A stretch of DNA of 63,535 bases, filler included, from Perkinsus chesapeaki ATCC PRA-425 (Eukaryota > Protista > Perkinsozoa): assembly GCA_013115145.1 (NCBI GenBank). It is 15 parts of 15 records of this genome, joined end to end, with 100 filler letters (N's around TTAATTAATTAA, not from the genome) between each part and the next. Parts side by side here need not be neighbours in the genome. Positions count along the whole stretch, not along the records: positions 1 to 24,318 come from JAAPAO010000546.1; positions 24,419 to 27,456 come from JAAPAO010001474.1; 13 more parts are not named here. One strand, written 5' to 3'. A model generated the notes under the pieces. The model worked only from the letters and a program-made list of their open reading frames with translations, made no database searches and was not told where the DNA came from. A program made the translations under genes and the position numbers. This document shows, in pieces, positions 13,498 to 25,345 of this stretch (the first letter of the stretch is position 1; every line of letters begins with the position of its first letter).

Positions 13498-14272
13498 TCA
13501 ACAGACTGTCTTCGTTAAAGTATGTTGCTGTTATTTCCAATCTTAATGGTCTGATGTGATCGCCGCAAGGCGCTCTTCCGTAAGTGTGCCGAATATCAAG
13601 TTCCGTGCGGCGTCGCTCCATGGATTATCATGTTGGTCCGAGGGTTTTTGTCCTTCGTACTATCTGCTCTATTTTCATGGTTCTGTTGTAAGGAACCCCA
13701 CCTGTTTCAAGGCAGCCTCCCTAGTTTTGCGTTGTAGCCAGTATCGTGTCAAGTCCTCGATTCCCCAAGGGACTCGTTCGGCTGAATCCGTACTGAATTC
13801 GTACTGGGACGTGAAGTGCAAGAATTATCATCTTTCGACTCGAACGTTTCGAGGCGAACGTTACTGAAGCTACGCTCAGCGTAGCCAGACTGACAGGAAA
13901 CATTTTTCCGTTGAACTCTATCGCTTGACGCACGCCTCAGTGAAGCCCCCGAGGGAGCTGGGTACTTTCCAATGGAAAGTTTCCATTGAGCACTGTCCTG
14001 TTGGCTAGGGCAGGGCGATCTTCACTTGCATCTCAAAATATACTTATGTATATATTGAAGTGTTATCGGAGATCGAGGCAGCATGAATTACAGTAGCCTA
14101 CTGTCAGTAGGCCGGGTTGCGCTTTCTTATGTTAGACTTGGCACATAATCTGGGATCCGGAATCTCAGATATCCTGCCGGCTTGTTTTTCCCATCAAGAG
14201 CCAATCAAGTCGAGTTGGGATCGTAGTCTTTCTGTCACCCTCTCACCTCATAGCCAGTCGTTGGCTCTTCCC

Positions 14273-15765
14273 ATGGCTCTCTTTGCCCTCCTCACTATCA
14301 TATCAGTCACCTTGGCCTGGAGGGCTCCGGTAGTAGATCTGGCCTGCTTCGGTGACAAGCCTCATGATGACTGTGATGGAGCTGAGGGCGCCTTACTCCT
14401 GGCTGCTTCCAAGACTGGAGGAGGTGCTTTCATCCTTCAAGGGCACGGCGTAGACGATAGCTTGATCGACAACGTATTCCCAAGTGCCCGTCGATTGTTC
14501 ACCGCAGTCGACCAGCTCGAGAAAGAACGTTTGGCTATCACCGGCGGTGGCCTCACGCGTGGTTACGTTCTCCTTGGTGGGGAGAGCGGATCAGACCGCC
14601 AGGAGATGAAAGAGGCCTTCTCGTACGGCTATGATTGGCACGCTGAGCAGAGCCATTTCGAGAACAAACTGCAAGGGCCCAACGTATGGCCGAGTGGTAT
14701 CAATACTGAAGACAAACGCATCCTGAACGAGTGGTTCGAGCACGCAACACGCATCGGTTTGGCACTGTCAGCGGCCTTCGCGAGGGCAACAGGTGCGGAC
14801 ATCACCGTTCTGCTGCTGTGGCGTAGGCTTGCTCCTTTACAGGCCAGGAGGCTCTGGCAAGCAGTTGCGGACCAGATGGTGCTTCGATAAGCCTACAACG
14901 AGTTTTTCGATACTTCGCCGTTGAAGGGAACGACAGATCTGGTAAGATCTAACCGCGAGATCTAATCTATCGTAGTAGGTGTGCTAGCAGCTTATGGTCA
15001 ACAATCCTTTGTTGCAAGAGCAAGTCTTTATGGAACAGATTTCTTCGGATATTCTACGAGTATCCGAGGCAAGAGTACTACTCTTGCCGAAGCCTGTGCC
15101 TGTATCGAAAGTTTTGGTTCAAAACGGACCGTGCTAGCCGAGAATTACGCTCGAAGAGTAGCGATTCGTAGTTCAGAAATTGCTTGGGGGGTTACTAGCC
15201 AATCTTCTCATGATCGTGCGCGGTCATATCGCCGCAAACGGAGTATCTTGCGGGCTTAGGTGAGAAAAGAATTGGCAGTTCCCCTCACACAGATTGGGGA
15301 TTCATAACAATCGTTCTCCAGCAAGAAGGTATTGACGGTCTCGAGGTAGCCCGAGACCGATAAAGTTCGGTTATCTTCATTCTCCCACAGGTTCAGGATC
15401 CAGAAACCGGATACTATTATCCTCTACCGAACGATAGGCCGTCTCGGATAGTGGTGAATGTCGGAGACTTCGCATCCATCATGACTGGGGGAAAGCTATA
15501 CTCGCCAGTACATCGGGTAAAAAGTGTTCCGAGTTACCAACTGCTCACATTGACCGCTTCGTAGGTGATGCCGCCACTGAACGCAGCAGAGAGGCTATCT
15601 CTTGTTCACTTCTACTACCCAAACTATAACACAACTCTTGAAGGCTTTCTTAATACCGATGCAGCCAAGAGGTATCCGCTCGACGTAATGGGGTTGCCCG
15701 TATGCCAGCTTTCAGGACAAGTCTTTTGTCTGACCAAAAGGAAGGCGGTGCCGCTGAGTGGATGA
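14273..15765 (+). CDS. 2-oxoglutarate/Fe(II) oxygenase, IPNS/DIOX type, multi-exon
   Basis: APVVDL, GHGV, RGY, KEAF, GPNVWP in exon 1; HTDWG (HxD) about 15285; VNVGD..SPVHRV (distal His); ERLSLVHF. Confidence 0.88.
15045..15088. other. Paired single-base-centred hairpins in a long intron (old excision-footprint type)
   Basis: Degenerate 11-1-11 (9/11) centred A15056 abutting perfect GGCAAGAGTA-c-TACTCTTGCC. Confidence 0.6.
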
Positions 15766-17185
15766 ACGACGAAGATGCCGAAACAATGACTTTTGGAGAC
15801 TTCATCTCTGCCAAATGGGGGCAAGTTTATCGTCCGGTCTCTTCACCTGCTGGCGTCGATGATGATGAGGAGCTATGATTTCATGTTTCGTATGATCGAA
15901 TGTATTGAGTCATTCCATGTGTAGAATGTTCTCGCGACTCCACGAGCGTTTCCCCATTCTCAAGGGAAAATAAATGTTCTGGGCGGCATTAGTGGGTAAT
16001 CCTGACACCAACCCAAGTTTGCCACAATTACGACTTCTACAGTAACTTGTCACACAGGTTATCACTCATTCTGCACGAGTGGCATAGTATCGTACACATG
16101 CACGAGTCGTTCATCCGTTTTCCGTTCACGAGGTTTCTGTCATCACGCCAATTGTTACCATGGATGGCTGGTCGGTGGAGGTGGTGATGTCAGTGGCCGC
16201 AGCTGAGCATTGAGTACCTGAGATAGAAAGGGATGGCAGCAACACAGTGACGCGGCTCTGCCTCGAGGAACGTATGAAAAGACTTCCGCCCATAATAGCA
16301 TATTCTCCCATACGCTGCGTATTAATCCGAGCCAATTCCAGGCTAGGGCTCCTAGCATAATTCATATGTTTCACACCAATTCTCCGAGACTGGAACCATA
16401 TACACTCGGCAAGGTAATAGTTTGAGATCCAAATGATACACGAAGAGTTTTGCAACGAACTATTAGGTTGTAATTAGTAAAGGAATACAATACCTTTATA
16501 TACCAAATACGACATCTGCCTTTTAGCACGATATGACCTACACCAGCACCAAGCGTCTCCGAAACACAGTGACCCCTTCGCAATGGCCCCGGTTGGAGAA
16601 TGTACACGCCAGCCCATCAGGTGCCGGCGTTTCGAGTTACCAGCTGCGTGCATTCATCACTTCATAAATGGTAAAGATATTCCTTCCTTGATTATACTAT
16701 TCCACTAACTCAACTCTACGATACCTCCTCGACAACCAAACATTCAACATTGTTGAGGGAAGACTCACGCGGCAGTTCACTGTAATTGAACCAGATAGAC
16801 CACCCACCTAAGGATGTTATCTTTCGTAGCTTTATCCACGAGTTGGCTCTATGGGCAATAATCACGTATACTATACGCCACGATATAACATGGAACTGGA
16901 TTTCCACACCAACCCCAATCGGGCCTTGTGGTGCAAGTAGATGGAGTCGTCTATCATACTATGATCATAGATGTTCGATGCATCCCTAATTATGCCTTGC
17001 TTTTTGAAGCAGATAATGGGTCGAGGGGATCTAGTCATCCGTGTTAGCTTAGAGACGCGAACGGGCAACTTGAACGCGCGAACATGGCAAATTGTGCGGC
17101 CTTTGTAGATGCTTCATAGGTGATAATATCGCTAGAAACTCAGTAGTAGGGTACTAATAGCGCTCCAGACCAAGTTCTGTGAAAA

Positions 17186-17810
17186 ATGGTTCCCACCTTC
17201 AACGCGTTCATCATATGCCTTATCGGGAGTTATGGGCTGATGGAAAGAGTAACTGGGCAGGCGAGCGGGTACGATGCTGCTTGCACGAGAATAGCCTCAA
17301 CTGTTTCAGGAAAAGGACAGCACAACTAGGAATGCATGGCCGCGTGACCGACATTGAAGAGAGCAGTATGATGGGTGCCGTCGCTCCCCCGATTTATGTG
17401 TTTCGCAGCTTCCTATACGAAACCCGACGGGATTTGCGTGAAGACCTCGTTCTTTGGTGGCCCTACCAACTGCACTTGCCCTGCTGGGAAAGTACTCTAT
17501 TGTAAGGAGTTACTGGTATGCTCGATCTGCAATGCAATGATTTTCAGATTCCAGTTCCTTGTTATCCGCGCTGTGTCTGTGGAATACCATGTCCAGAGAC
17601 GACTTGTCCAACTCCGTTGGAGGGAACGGCCAAGCCATACTGTCACCACAATAAGCTCTGTATGCTCGCTTGCGCAGAGGTATCAGCTTACTTCAATTCT
17701 GTAGAATGAGTGTCATTCCGGCTTATTCTTGTCAGGGTATGAATATATGCCCCGGGATTATGAAATGCACTGACGACTGGACTACAGACTGTTTGTATGA
17801 CAACGTATAG
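17186..17810 (+). CDS. Cys-rich secreted-type protein, copy A (5 exons, about 150 aa, intact)
   Basis: Exons 17186-17268, 17310-17365, 17409-17515, 17548-17679, 17736-17810 all join in frame at GT-AG; hydrophobic N-terminus; CVCGIPCPETTCP..PYC..LCMLAC..ICP..KC..DC. Confidence 0.75.
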
Positions 17811-18145
17811 CATGGGATACTCTGCTATCCCATCAAGTCATTCCAATATGACCCATCAGTTCCTTCTTGACGAGGGACTTCCGCTCGTATGGAGCCTGCC
17901 CCATAGATATCGATTCAACTTTATACGCACGCACTAGTAGTGCTCTTTCATTCGCTCTTTAAAGCCTCGTGTTGTTTGCGAGCTCGACGGTTGCTTTTAA
18001 GTTTTGCTCTCCACACCGGAGAAACGATAATGTCAAGTTTCGATATTCGTATCAACGATTCGAGATTTATCAAAAAGCTTTTAATAAAAACGATCACCTT
18101 TTAGACTGTCTTGAACGCTTAGAGATCATTGATGCTCGAGTTTAT

Positions 18146-18167
18146 ATTAGAAGTTCTAAGTTAGAAC
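18146..18167. other. Near-perfect 22-bp excision-footprint motif (target CTTAGAAC)
   Basis: aTTAGAA GTTCTAAG TTAGAAC; one mismatch at t1. Confidence 0.6.
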
Positions 18168-19166
18168 CTTGTGCTTGTGACGACAGAGACTAGGTTCGGC
18201 GGCTATTCCCGTTTGAGACCGTGGCCGGAATACGAAGTAGTCGGTCACCGAGCAGGCCATACTCTACCGTCGTACCCACCAAATTCGACATCAGTGACAT
18301 AGAGAGGAAGGCTCTTAATGGTGATGATATACGCTCTGATATAGCTTGTATCGTTGTAACATGGGCAATGGTGAGGAGCCCATATAACAGATATGAATGA
18401 CAGATTAGAACTACAGTACAGTCTAATTCAACTTCACCAAAGTGTCACAAGCGACCGACTCCTGACGAACGAAACTTGCCATTTGGCAAGGGACCGACCA
18501 CTACAAGTTCACTGTTATTATCGTTACCCTTTCTACACTCATTGACTGAACGTGTTATCTGTCGAACCGATCACAAGGATGATTCTTGCAAATATCCCTG
18601 GGATATTACCCAGGCTCTGGGTTCGAGGAATGTGAAGTGAAAAGGAAGAATGTATTGGAATGAATCTACCTCCAGGAGGTAACTTCCTTACTTTCGAAGG
18701 CGATGAGGAAACTAACCGCGTGGCGAAAGTTTTACTAGTCAGTGGTCAGGTCGAAACACAAGGCGGCGGAAGACTCTGGTTCCATTTATTCAGTTCGAAA
18801 GTTGCTCAATAACGCAATACTTCTTACTGCTTTGCTTCAATAGCTCGGTTCCGAGTGGTTCCACGAAAGTTGTGTTACACTCAGTAAAAGACAACACGAG
18901 AGAATGTTCCCGGAGGAGTTATTCCTCTCCCTATTTCTAAGTCATTCTCCGGGCTCATCTGTCTCCCCACAACTATGTGCTGAGATTCCTATTATCCAGC
19001 TGGTGGAATCGATCTATGACTCATCAGTAGTATAAGTTCTCCAAGCTTTTTACGTTATCGAATCCATTACCTACGAGCCACTTCTATCTTTAGAAGGAGA
19101 CGAGTCTTAAGTTATATTGTGATAATCCGCTATATCAATTTACTATCAAAATTCATCCGATTCGAT

Positions 19167-21790
19167 ACCAGGCTGAGGCTCCTAGCATAATCTATAGGTA
19201 TCGACTCTCTAGATGACACAGATCACCGGATGAAAGCTTTTCATCCAGTGATTTGTCATTTTATTGAAAAGTCAAATCCACACCGTTCAACATGTGGGGT
19301 TAATGGTTCCGGTTCAGAGAAGACTAGAATCACGTACAATCCTAACGGTAAGGTAATAGTTTGAGATCCAAATGATACACGAAGAGTTTTGCACGCAGTA
19401 ACGAACTATTAGGTTGTAATTAGTAAAGGAATACAACAACTTTATATACCAGATACGGCATCTGCCTTTTAGCACGATATGACCTAAACCAGCACCAAGC
19501 GTCTCCGAAACACAGTGAATCCTCCGCATTGGCCCTGGTTGGAGAATGTACACGCCAGCCCATCAGGTGCCGGGGTTTTGAGTTACCGGCTGCGTGCATT
19601 CATCGCTTCATAGATGATAAATATATTTCTTCCTTGATTATACTATTCCACTAACTCAACTCTACGCTACCTTCTCGACAGAAGAAACATTCAAGTTTGT
19701 TGAGGGAAGACTCACGCGGCAGTTCACTGTGATCAAACCAGACAGACCATCCACCCAAGGATGTTATCTTTCGTAGTTTCATCCACACGTTAGCTCTATG
19801 GGCAATAATCACGTATACTATACGCCACGATATGACATGGAACTGGATTTCCACACCAACCCCAATCGGGTCTTGTGGTGCAAGCCTTCGAATCTACCGC
19901 CAGTGCTTGAGTATATTCAGCAATGCAATCATGTCTAGTCTGAGGTTAGGTGAGGCAGAGAAGGCCGCAGACGGCCTACCCCAGAAAGACGAAAACTTAC
20001 AGAAACGAATATCACGCGAAAGGTTAGTGATAGTGGATGGCAGTGGATGACTGGATGGGGTCGTCTATCAAAAGATTATCATAGATGCTCGACGCATGCC
20101 GAATTATGCCGTGATTTTTGAAGCAGATAATGGGTCGAACTTCGACACAATTATCTTGGACCCTTCGACCGTCGATCTACTTATGCATTTTAGCTTGGAG
20201 ACGCGAACGGAGTATTTGAACACGTATTCATGGTGGGATTTGCAGCCTTTGCAGCGTAGATGCTTCTCAGGTGATAATATCGCGGCAAACTCAGTAGTAG
20301 GGCACTAGTAGCACTCCGAACCAAGTTTTGTGAACAAATGGTTCCCACCTTCAACGCGTTCATCATATGCCTTATCGGGAGTTATGGGCTGGAGGAGAGA
20401 GTATCTGGGCAGGCGAGCGGGTACGATGCTGCTCGCATGATAGAATGGCCGAAACTGTTTCAGGAAAAGTACAGCACAAGTGGGAATGCATGGCCGCGTG
20501 GCCAACATTAAAGAAAGCAGGTTGTTTGTCGCTCCTCAAGTTCATGTGCTACGCAGGTTCCTTTTCCAAGCCCGACGGGATTTGCAGGAAGAAGTCATTA
20601 TTTGGCGGCCCTACCAACTGCACTTGCCCTGCTGGGGAAATACTCTATTGTACGAGGCCTGAGGTATGCTCAATTTGATACGCAATGACTAGTACATAAC
20701 GCGGTTATTTTCAGTTGCTCCGTTATATTTATCCGCGCTGTGTCTGTGGAATACCATGTTCGGAAAAGACGACCTGTCCGCTCCCGTCCGGGGGAATCGG
20801 AAAGCCTTACTGTCACCGCCATAAGCTCTGTATGCTCGGTTGCGGAAAGGTATCAGGCTACTTTAGCTCCGTAGAGCGAGTGTCATCCAGGTTTCTTTCT
20901 GTCAGGGGTATGTATGTCCAGGAAATATGAAATGCTTCAGAGATTGGACTGCAGACTGCTTGTATGACAACAAATAGCATGGGATACTCTGCGATCGGGA
21001 TTCCCGATCAAGTCATTCTAATATGACACATCAGCTCCCTCTCGGAGACTGGCTCGTATGCGGTATGCCTCAAAGACATCCATCCACAGTGAATCGATAT
21101 CATAGTGAATCATTCACTATTACACGCACGCACTAGTTGTGCTTTTCCAATCGCTCATTCAAGCCTCGTGTTGTTCGTGAGCCCAACGGGGGATAAAAAT
21201 ATTACGTTCGATATCCACACCAAAGAATCGATAGTATCGAGTTTCGATATTGTTCCGAGTTATATCAGTAGGATTTGACATGCCGCATGTCACATGCGTA
21301 AAACCGAGGTGCGAGTGACCTGGTGCATCCCGACGCTGTTGTTGTGCGTTTGCACAGATTTACCCCACCGTCAACGGATGGCGGCTCCGCGACCTGCGTG
21401 AGCTTCAGCCTCCGCCGGCCTGTCAGTTCCTATGTTTCTCTATGGCCGCCTTAGCACGCCAACTCGCCGGTCCTGCCATCATGCGTGGGCCGACTCAACC
21501 CCCCTCCCCCCACTGACCGAGGCTTTGGTAGAGTGCGATCCGTTTCGAATCATCGTAGTAGGTCGCGCTGGACAAGCAGCAGAACGCGTCGGTCGTGTAG
21601 GCGCCTACGTTGCGCCTACATCGCGCCTCTGATGCAGCTTGTATCGCATTTGTAACATTGGTAATGTTGTGAAGGGCCAACACAACAGATAGAAATATCA
21701 GATTAGAATTACAGTACAGTCAAATTTAACCCCCCAAAGGTGTCACAGGCGACTGACTGAGCGGCGTCCCACCTGACGAGCAAGACTTAT
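19167..21790 (+). repeat. Segmental duplication unit B
   Basis: Colinear with 16340-18480, with extra insertions. Confidence 0.85.
20338..20977 (+). CDS. Cys-rich secreted-type protein, copy B (intron-2 GT donor lost; GC donor or pseudogene)
   Basis: Same 5-exon layout as copy A; AGCA|GTATG in A is AGCAGGTTG in B. Confidence 0.6.
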
Positions 21791-23089
21791 TATATTACAG
21801 AAAAACACGAGGGACCAACCAGGAGATTTGGCCATGTGCGATCTCATTCGTCGGAGATCCACCAAATCGCCGAGCAATGTCTGTGCCATTTCCGTGGACT
21901 CCTGAAGGATACCTGTAAACATTCGGAATTCGGGACCGAAAACTCCCCAGTGGGGTCCCCGCAGTGAGATGAGCTTGTAGTCACCCACATCGGTCGATAG
22001 AGTGAATGGATTCCGTGCGCCCTGATGCGTTGCTTGGGCGACGTTCTGGGAATCCTTAATAGCTGATTCATGCTACACAGCTCGTAACATTAGCTTACCG
22101 ATATCCTTTGTGGTTGAAGTAACGGACGTCAGGGGCTGCAGAGCTGCTCGATGAACTCTGAAGAAGAACTGAGTTGACCAAACGATGTATCGCTGTCACA
22201 TCCTCCGGCAAGAGTCAATCTCTGTCAACAGTTCAGCGAATCCAACACCAGCACTGCTGAAGGACACCACTATGCCTTCTCAACCGCATATCTTCCTACC
22301 TGTCTATATTGGCAAGAGCGATCTCCAATGCTTCTGAGCCCGATCGACGCCGCTTCACACACGACTTGTCTCTGCGTATCCATTTCGTTGCGGAGCTGAG
22401 GATTGGTGTGCATGAGATAATACGGTAAGGTTCACTTCTAATATTTGTTTTCTCAGCCGCATGTTTGCCGTGTGATAAGCTCTGATTTCACCATTCTGTC
22501 TTAATGGCTCAGTGAGGCTCTGTGTAGTGCCTGAATCACCAGCGAGCTGCCGGCTTCCTAGCGGTTGTGTGCGGACTTTGCATTTCAGCCAGTTTCCGCT
22601 GCCGGGAGAGATCAGCCGGCAGCCTGGCGACGTCTTCGTATAGCCTCTCACGCTGCTCTACCAATGAGGTTATCTGCAAAGTTGTAATGCTTCAGTAAAA
22701 GAATAAAGATGAAAAACAAAGACCAACTGGAGACCAACTGACGACGAGTCAGTGAGGCTTCGGTTGGCCAATGATGAAGTTCTATTTGTTACATGATTCC
22801 CGTAACCTAGTGCGACTCCGGAACTATAAGAGCAGCTACAGTACAGTAGACCTTAAGCCAAACACACATTATATAATATATACATATAATATTGCCTATG
22901 GCTCGTCGGGGCAGCCTCGGTGATGCAAACGAAGAGGGGGAAGCTAATTCATAACAGACCTCAGAGGAGAGGGCTTCCCTCTGCTCCATCATGAGTGCCT
23001 GGTGACCATCATGAGATATGAGGGAGGTAGGCTGCACACAATCGGTCTGTACTTCTAAGGGCAACACATGTGACACAAGAGACACTTCC

Positions 23090-23270
23090 ACCGTAAGTTA
23101 CCAGTTGACACTCGTGCTTCTGCTAAGGCTTCTGCCATCACACCGATTGTCACCATGTACGGCTGGTCAGTGGAGGTGGCGGTGTTAGTGACTAACGCTG
23201 AGCATTGAACATCTGAGATAGAAACGGATGGAAGCAACTTCCAGTGAAACGACCCCACTCCCGACGAACG
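23090..23270 (-). repeat. Third, more diverged copy of sequence at about 16130-16290
   Basis: LPSVSISDVQCSALVTNTATSTDQPYMVTIGVM vs LPSLSISGTQCSAAATDITTSTDQPSMVTIGVM. Confidence 0.7.
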
Positions 23271-24197
23271 TATACACCGACCTCAACTCACTGTAATATA
23301 TTTAAAGTGACTTACCAAGAGCGTCTGAACCATTATACAAATTGCGGTCCTGTTGCGTGCTGGGCGATTGGAATGGAACACACGGTATTCATACGTCCCC
23401 CTTATTCCCCAATCTTAAAAATGTCACAATGCTCAATAGCTTACAGGCATCTTCAGGTTCGTCCGTAGGAGACTGCTCGTCGCCGAAAAGAAAGACTCTT
23501 TGGTTGAGGATGAGAGCCTCTTAAAGAAGCTACAAGCCTCCAGTGTTCTTGAGGAACCAAGAAAGATGAAGTTACTGCTTTCCACCTGTGCTCTTAAGGA
23601 CTCATCTCTTCAGCCAGGAGGTTCATCCTGGACTCCGTTAACTCCTCGACCTTCACACTGTCACTTGTGAGAGTTCTCGTGGAGTATAGGAAGTTGTGGC
23701 AGACGGAAGGGTAGGAAAATCGGCTAAGAGGAGAACGTAATTCAGTGTACAGTGATCCAAGATGAGCGCTAGGATGGGAGAGACTCGATACATGCCAGAG
23801 TCGAAAGTTGAGGAAGGATGACTAATCATGCTATGAGAACCGCCCGGAGCTGAGTTGTAATAGTCAAGCTTGGCTTGCTTCAAACCGAAAGGCGCAAACG
23901 TCGCGCAACGGGGTTGAAGCGAGGCTGGCAAGCGCTCATAGATTTCACCGCAACGATCACTGACAACCGTTTCATACCCAAGCATTCTTTATCCACAACA
24001 GTGCTTTATCGGACCTCGGCTCATTTCTTATACACGGACTAACAGACACGTACTTCCTTGCACTTGTGATGAGCGACAGTAGCACTATCTTTTCAAGGGC
24101 GAGCCCTTCTGCTAATTTAGACTCTCTTTGTAGAGATTGTCCCAGATATGGTATCTCATCCCACAATAATTGTCCCATTCTCTGTGTTGTGCATAGC

Positions 24198-24269
24198 GTG
24201 ACGCTAGTCACTAGCGTCACAAAATTGCATTACAAGGCACTAGCGGCTAGTGCCTTGTAATGCAATTTT
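24198..24269. other. Abutting perfect hairpins 11-1-11 and 24-1-24 sharing the 8-mer CGCTAGTG
   Basis: GTGACGCTAGT-c-ACTAGCGTCAC then AAAATTGCATTACAAGGCACTAGC-g-GCTAGTGCCTTGTAATGCAATTTT. Confidence 0.9.
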
Positions 24270-24318
24270 ATGAACGTAATAAGTTAAGTTCTCCTCTCAA
24301 GATTGTATTTTATTGGGT

Positions 24319-24418
24319 NNNNNNNNNNNNNNNNNNNNNNNNNNNNNNNNNNNNNNNNNNNNTTAATTAATTAANNNNNNNNNNNNNNNNNNNNNNNNNN
24401 NNNNNNNNNNNNNNNNNN
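24319..24418. other. Assembly linker N-TTAATTAATTAA-N (first of 14 such linkers)
   Basis: Identical 12-mer centred in about 100-nt N runs throughout. Confidence 0.97.
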
Positions 24419-24490
<72 letters not shown>

Positions 24491-24537
24491 CACAAGTACA
24501 GTATTGCCCCCGCCCCCGCCCCCGCCCCCGCCCCCGC

Positions 24538-24571
<34 letters not shown>
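24419..24571. repeat. Microsatellite block (AAT)n, (GCCCCC)n, (CAT)n
   Basis: Read directly at the contig start. Confidence 0.95.
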
Positions 24572-24699
24572 TAAAGAGTGTCTTTTTCGACATCGCTCAT
24601 GTCATCGCTGGCAGGACTGTCATCGCTGTGCAATATGAGCATATTAGTCGACCCTGAATACCCTTCGACAGTTGTAGGTGTGTCTGCTACTGTCGGGGG

Positions 24700-25310
24700 G
24701 GGGGGCGGGGGTCGTTAGGTTGTTAGCAATACTGTATTATCCCCGAATATTATTAATTACCCAGAGTGTGCGGGTAAGAACCAGAATGTCCTTTTCTCAA
24801 ATGTTGTTATTGCAATACCATTATTATTATTTGATAATTCAATCAACGAGTATCTACAAATAATAATTATATTATTATTAAACCATCTTTTATTAATACT
24901 ACCCCCTATTATTTCTTCTTTGTCTTTTGCCTCCTCGTAATGTTCTTTCAGCATGACTATATATTGAATATCTTCTGCCTCTGTCTGCTCCAGCCTCCTC
25001 CGGTCTTCTTCCTCCTCCTTCTTGTTTCATATTGATATTATTAATCCATTTATCTGGTATATATCCAGTATATGTTGGCATTAATGCATTTGTTAACTAT
25101 TATTATTATCAGAAATCATATTATTATTATTAATATAAGATTATTATTACTACCAGTTTAGAAGAACTAGCTGCTTGAGGTAATATATAATAATACAATT
25201 CATCGGCATATAATACATTATATAATTCACTTCTTGCCATATGTACTAATGGCTGATATAAAGGTACAGTTATAGAACCTATTACAACAACAACAACAAG
25301 AGCGTATAGC

Positions 25311-25345
<35 letters not shown>

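Larger units (their letters stand above)
16340..18480 (+). repeat. Segmental duplication unit A (paralogous to about 19167-21790)
   Basis: Long colinear similarity, e.g. AAGGTAATAGTTTGAGATCCAAATGATACACGAAGAGTTTTGCA near 16410 and 19350; CAGATTAGAA.TACAGTACAGTC near 18400 and 21700; boundaries approximate. Confidence 0.85.

Noticed and set aside
17327-17371. Apparent TAG/TGA stops aligning with TGG in the paralogue (suggesting readthrough or A-to-I editing)
   Set aside because: They vanish once GT-AG introns 17269-17309 and 17366-17408 are spliced; the 2-nt indel in copy B also lies in intron 1.
24363-24374. Recurrent TTAATTAATTAA 12-mer, which could mimic a repeat/spacer array
   Set aside because: Always centred in N runs; an artificial six-frame-stop linker. 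ORFs ending in X..LIN are artefacts.
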